From: Chromera velia
Lineage: Eukaryota
DNA: 47,510 bases
Reading direction: 5' to 3'
NCBI GenBank assembly: GCA_018398765.1
Contig: JAHBMJ010000463.1
Coordinates: 1 to 47,510, forward strand
Position 1 is the stretch's first letter. Each line of letters opens with the position of its first letter. The position numbers and the translations under genes were made by a program. The notes below the pieces were generated by a model. The model saw nothing but the letters and a program-made list of their open reading frames with translations. It made no database searches and was not told where the DNA came from. Of the stretch, positions 15,257 through 47,510 are shown in pieces.

Positions 15257-17140
15257 GTTCTGCAGGTCAGAGCACGTTTTCTGAGGCCCTGAAGGGGTTT
15301 GCAGAGAAGTTCAAAGGGTTCGATTCCGACCCCTGTCCTGCTGGGGAGATCCGCTCTTTTCTTCAGGAAGAGTTCCTGCGGCCTCGGGGGATGGTCCTGG
15401 AGGACGTCAGCTGCGTGAGAGAGGCCCTGGAAAGCGAAGAATTCGCTGCCGCCTTGGCTGAGAGATTGAGAGGAATGCTCAGATGGTTCAAGGAACGAAA
15501 TCCGTACTACCGGGGCCACTGTCTGTCGTGTGGGGGGGACGCGAAAAGGTTCTTGGGCGCTTCTCTCCAGACGGCGTGGGAGGCGTCGGTGTTGGGGTTT
15601 GTGGGGGGGGAGGGGGGGGGGTTGGAAGGGAAGAGGGGGTCTTCGGAACAGAGGGGGAAGAGGCGTGTGACGTGTGAATTGTATGAATGTGAGGCAGACG
15701 GCTGCGGGTGCGTGTTTGAGTTCCCTCGTCTGGTGGAGACTCGGGATGTGTGGAGACACAAAAAGGGAAGGTGTGGGGAGTACTCGAGACACTGGTTTCG
15801 GGTGTTTGAAGCCTTAGGATTCAAAACAAGGTGGGGGGGTGTGTCTGGTGGTTGGTGCGTTTTTGTTTTGTGCGTTTGGACGCATGCATGCGTGTGCATT
15901 GATCGGGTTTCTTCCTCAAAAAGGAGAGTCGGGAAAGGTCTGCCCATTCTTGAAGTTTCCACTGCAACTTGAAATTCGCATGCCAGAAGCTGTGCATACG
16001 TACGTCCAGTCTTCTTTCTTTGTGTATGGGTAAAAGGAAGGAACCGTGCGCTCTGCTGTCATGCGGTCGAAGCTCTAGGACATAATTCTTTGCATTCTCT
16101 CCCTCCCTCTCCGTCTGTGTGCACCCATGTGTCTGTTTTATTGTGCAGGTGGGTTGTCGACTGGGACGACCACGTGTGGGTGGAGATGTATGGATGTATA
16201 TACGTATGTATGTATATATGTATGTATGTTTGGGTGTATGAATGTATGTATGTGCGTGCAGGTGGGTTGTCGACTGGGACGACCACGTGTGGGTGGAGAT
16301 CTGGCTGCCTCTGCCTCCTCGTGGCAGGAGGGGGGGGGCAAGGAAGAGCCGAAGGGGAAAGGCCAAAGCCGAAGATAACGCTGGGGGGACTGTCAGTGAG
16401 CCTGGGGAGAGAGTGAGCATGCCAGGGTGGGGTTCTGAAAAGGAAGAGAAAGAGGGAGAGGGAGAGGAAGAAAAGGCACTGAAAGGAGGAGACGAGGACA
16501 GTGGTGCTCCGCGTGGGAAAGGAAACGCAAAAGCGGAAGAGGAAGAAGAAGAGGATATCTGGGAAGACGGACTCTTTGATGAGGAAGAGGGCGGAAGGTG
16601 AGTGGGTGGGTGATATCTATCTGTCCCCCCCTTTTTTTCTTTGGTGTCTGTCCAGCTTTGATTTGGGTGCAGTGTGAACAACCCTGTTGGAATGTCAAAC
16701 GCGTTAAAAACAGTTTTCTGTGTGTTTCTTTGGTCTCTTCATCCACACTTCCAAAAAAACATATGCGGTACGTGTGCATGCATGCATGCATGTATGTGTA
16801 TATGTATGTATCTGTGTTGGTATGTATGTATGTATGTATTTGACTGTGTTGGTATGCATGTATGTATGTATGTATGTATATTAATATGTGTGCGTGCAGA
16901 TGGGTCCACGTTGATCCCTGTGAGGCCTCAGTCGACGAGCCGTTGATTTATGAGTCGTGGGGTAAAAAGCCTGCCTATGTGATGGCTTTCGGGAGGGGGG
17001 GGGCAGAGGACGTAACGAGACGGTACACGACTGCAGGGCCGAGGGAGCTGCGGAGACGGCGGAAGGTCCCGTCAGACAGAATTTTGTCTCTTCTGAAAAA
17101 AGTCAACGGAAGAGAGGAAGAAGCGCTGGTGTTGACGTGA
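13995..17140 (+). CDS. PNG1: Peptide:N-glycanase (PNGase, Png1/NGLY1-like transglutaminase core) with N-terminal hydrophobic leader
   Basis: Exons 13995-14868, 15266-15830, 16262-16597, 16900-17140. Motifs: LRWFK, CLSC, ELYEC..GC..FPR, GRCGEY (catalytic Cys), DHVWVE (His), RWVHVDPCE (Asp), [23 protein letters not shown]. Confidence 0.92.
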
Positions 17141-17792
17141 CAGACAGATATTAATTAGACAGAAGTGAAATGTGGAATGAATGAGTGAATGTGTGGATGA
17201 ATGAGAGAATTCAAAGAGAAAGGAAAGGAGGAAATTCGCTCAAAGACAGACCATCGCCATTCCATTGTTCCCTTCTTCCCTCATTCATCAATTGAATTCC
17301 TTAATTCCAGACAGAACGCTTTCTCCTCCCTCTTCACCCCTCATTTTTGTTTCGTTTGCCCCTTTTTTTCCTACCGGAGTCTCCACTCTACTGATGCTGA
17401 CTCTTTGAATTTGTGAGTGAGTGGAAGTACCTGCTCCCATTCGTTCTCTGTCTTCTTGTGGAAAGAAAGTCCTGCATGGTAGTCTGTTTTGCCGTCCACT
17501 GTCGTTCATTCGTTTGTTCGCTCACCTGCTTCGTTTCCTTCCCCCCCTCCTTTTTTTATTAATGGTCTGTCTTTTTGATTAATTCGCGTGCGTAACGTGA
17601 CGCCTGTGCAAACGTCCAGCTGCCTTTCGGGAACTCTTCTTTTCTGGCTGGTATTTGCACGTGCGTCAATTTTCGTCTTCATGTTCAAAATTCATCCGTG
17701 TAATGGAGCAACAGGATGATGTAACGCCTAGCTAGCGTCTGTATCGCTTTTGTATCGCTGGATGAATTGTCGTGCCATGGGGGGGGGGGGGG

Positions 17793-18075
17793 NNNNNNNN
17801 NNNNNNNNNNNNNNNNNNNNNNNNNNNNNNNNNNNNNNNNNNNNNNNNNNNNNNNNNNNNNNNNNNNNNNNNNNNNNNNNNNNNNNNNNNNNNNNNNNNN
17901 NNNNNNNNNNNNNNNNNNNNNNNNNNNNNNNNNNNNNNNNNNNNNNNNNNNNNNNNNNNNNNNNNNNNNNNNNNNNNNNNNNNNNNNNNNNNNNNNNNNN
18001 NNNNNNNNNNNNNNNNNNNNNNNNNNNNNNNNNNNNNNNNNNNNNNNNNNNNNNNNNNNNNNNNNNNNNNNNNNN
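17793..18075. other. Assembly gap
   Basis: Run of N following a poly-G tract. Confidence 1.
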
Positions 18076-19267
18076 TCCCTCTCTGTGTGACCTGCCAGCA
18101 CGGGCACCGATCGGTGGGTGGCTTCGAGAGAAGAGGAGAGGAGAGGGAAGAGGGCCACTGTGTCTTGTTTTTCTTTTCTTACTTTCTTGTTTTTCCTTTT
18201 TCCCTACAAACCTGTGTCATTTTTTCTGTTTTGCACTCGGTTTTGCAGAACACTGAGGTGCCGAGAGTGTCATGTGCATGCATTATGGACGGATGGGGAA
18301 TCCGTCATGCCTGGGGGGGGGCATTTCCTGGCATACCCTAAGATGTAACGTTTTGTATGAAGTCAATTGAGACGTGGAAACATCAGTCAGAACTGTGTTG
18401 CAATGAAGTCGAATGAACTGCCAGTGCAACAGTGAGTCTTTAGCAACAATACACGAGGTATATGCGTATCATGATTATTATAGTCATCTTATAACAAATA
18501 ACACAACACTACTTCGATCAATGGTTTTGCACATTTCCTTAAGTCACTTTATAAAATTATCAAAATATTGGATTTACATATAGTTGTAAACTGACACTGT
18601 GGACTCAATTGTATAGAGAAAAACCTTTTGACTTTGATTTTATTTTTTAATCTAGTTTTCAATTAAGCTAGTTTTGAAGTTGAAACTCATATAGGTTTTC
18701 AGCAAAAGCAAATGTTAAACAATTGATAAAGATTTACTTAAATTAATTGTATATACTAACCTGTGTGGGTAGATATAGGATAAGATAGGATTTATGTCTG
18801 GAGGATTGGCCCCCTATACCCCAATACCAAGGAAAAACGCATACATGCGTCGGATCTTCCTGGCCATGTTGGATTCTAGTAATTGGAAAAACGTCATATG
18901 AGTGATACACGAGGAATTTCGGAGGAAATACCATACGAGCAACAAAAGCGGCAATCAGACAAAAGATTGATAAACTGGGACTGAAGTACATCATAAAATG
19001 GCTGCTATAAGTTTGGCTAACATATTATAAACACTACATTAAAACTAAAGAGTGTGCAACAATGATATCAAACAGAATTGTAATTCAATGTAACTCTCGA
19101 TCAAGGTTTTTATTCTTAACGTACGCAAGGCTTTTTCATTCTTATTGTTAAGAACGTGATCAAAGTGCCCTACTGGGCGCTTCAATCATTCAACTAAGCT
19201 TGAAAACCTAAGGAGAAGGAGGTCCCGGTCCTTCTGTCAGACCCTTACCGTCATTTAGATTTTCTTC

Positions 19268-45996
<26,729 letters not shown>

Positions 45997-47338
45997 TGAA
46001 ACCAACAATCTAAAGTCCGTCTTCCCTCCTCAAGCGGTTCAAATTCTGCCCACGACTTCACACCGTGCCATTAATTCACTTCAACCAGGAACTGTCCCCA
46101 AAGTGCATGCATCAGATCCGTTTGGCCTGCATGCGTGGCCTCTTGATCTTCGTTCCCCTTCTTCAAGAGTCTCGGCGTGATTCTTTTCGGCCACCGTTGA
46201 CCTCTCAGTCCTTTTATCAGGCTGCAATGACGTGGCTTTGCAGTGGCATGTCTGTTCAAGGGCAGCGGATGGAGTTTCAGTCTGACTCACTTAATTTGTC
46301 TGTACTCCTGTGTGCGTACAAATGCTTTGATCAGTGGTAACCTGTTGAGGGTTGTGCTGAATCAATGGTCTCATTGACATTCGCATGTTTCCGCCTCCTC
46401 TGAAGCACACAGCGCAGTTTTCCAGTTGAGCCAGCATCAATCCTTCTGTGCCTCGATCGTATAACTGAAAAAGTGGCATGCCCTTATATATGCAGTGGTC
46501 CTTAATTTACAGTGGACGTCGTCTGTATCGGAGTGCACGCACAAAATATTAATACAAAGCTGACAAGTCAGTTCGCGCGCCTTGCGCGCGGAAGCAAGTC
46601 GCAGAGTATATATATACGTGCTGAGAGAGTGGATCGCATGCAGTGACAAATTTCGGCTCCTTTACTTAAGTGCGCAACTTGCGGCTAAACGCGCAACATT
46701 TTTTGAAAAACTAATATGTAAACTAAACTTTTAGACTGAACCGAATGCCGGAAAATTCCGTCCAATTCCGTTGGCCAGAAGGCCATGACTGCATGACTTG
46801 AAATGATTTCAAGTGTGTCCCCAACCCGCTCCACTCTAATAATACTGATCGATTTGACTGCATGCATGATTATATACGCATCCATACAAGCCAGGATGTC
46901 AGACTCCGATGTCTGCCCGTTCCAGAGAAGACACTGAGGTCTTTGTGAGTGACGACGTCTTCTTTGGCAAACACCTGACGAGCTGCAGACTTTGCATTGA
47001 TCGAAGTGTATGACTAGCTGGAGCCTTACGTGTAAAACTATATACGCGTAAAGCTCCGCATAGTTGTCGGTCAATCCCCGTGCGTTCCTCGATCGATACA
47101 GAGCGGGCACACGACAGGGAAAACTACCCAAGGACACAGAGCTTGTACATTTCACAGGAAAGGAAGGTGACTGCCGTAGGCGGACGCTCCCTCTGTCTGT
47201 ACGGGAAGAAACTCACTTCAGTTTTGATTGAAAAGCTCACATCTCTTTTCGAAAAGTCTCTCACAGAGCATTCACTGGATCAGTCACGGGAAGGGAAGAC
47301 GACTGCAGTAGACGGACACCCCCTCTTTCCCAACTAAA

Positions 47339-47420
47339 ATGGCGACATCCAAGTGCTGGACCCGCATTCTCTTCAACATCGTATCCTTCTGTCTTGTCGG
47401 GGCAAGTGCCCAGACTGCAG
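47339..47420 (+). CDS. Probable first exon (signal peptide) of a divergent gene that continues beyond the window
   Basis: AAAATGG start context; MATSKCWTRILFNIVSFCLVGASAQTA, then CAG|GT donor and a (TG)n intron. Confidence 0.5.
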
Positions 47421-47464
47421 GTCGGCAAGTCATGTGTACTCTGTGTGTGTGTGTGTGTGTGTGC

Positions 47465-47500
<36 letters not shown>

Positions 47501-47510
47501 GTGTGTGTGT

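Noticed and set aside
17685..18341. ORFs spanning the N run
   Set aside because: Artefacts of the assembly gap
18346..19230. Solo LTR beginning TGTAACG
   Set aside because: No convincing matching end, target duplication or second copy

Overview
Eukaryotic, intron-rich genomic DNA: GC-rich exons, microsatellite-filled introns and abundant TGCATGCA. The style resembles a chromerid alveolate such as Chromera, which is inference only. Most ORFs in the six-frame track are simple-repeat artefacts, so I assembled genes by hand from GT-AG boundaries and reading phase. Supported genes: (1) the 3' part of an OSCA/TMEM63 (CSC1-like) channel on +, with a 6-nt micro-exon; (2) a 3-exon plant cysteine oxidase/cysteamine dioxygenase (PCO/ADO) on -; (3) head-to-head with it, a peptide:N-glycanase on + with an unexpected signal peptide; (4) a ~26.7-kb multi-exon gene on - with signal peptide, ankyrin repeats, Pmp-like beta-helix, Cys-rich region and multi-pass membrane domain (possibly two genes); (5) the probable first exon of a divergent secreted protein at the right edge. 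Non-coding features: a TA-flanked MITE, a degenerate tRNA-like box pair, five minisatellites and an assembly gap. The most striking pattern is a recurrent intronic process. About 15 short direct duplications mostly copy exon edges together with their splice sites, and many flank a palindromic TTTCATACAGAAT...ATTCTGTATGAAA element.
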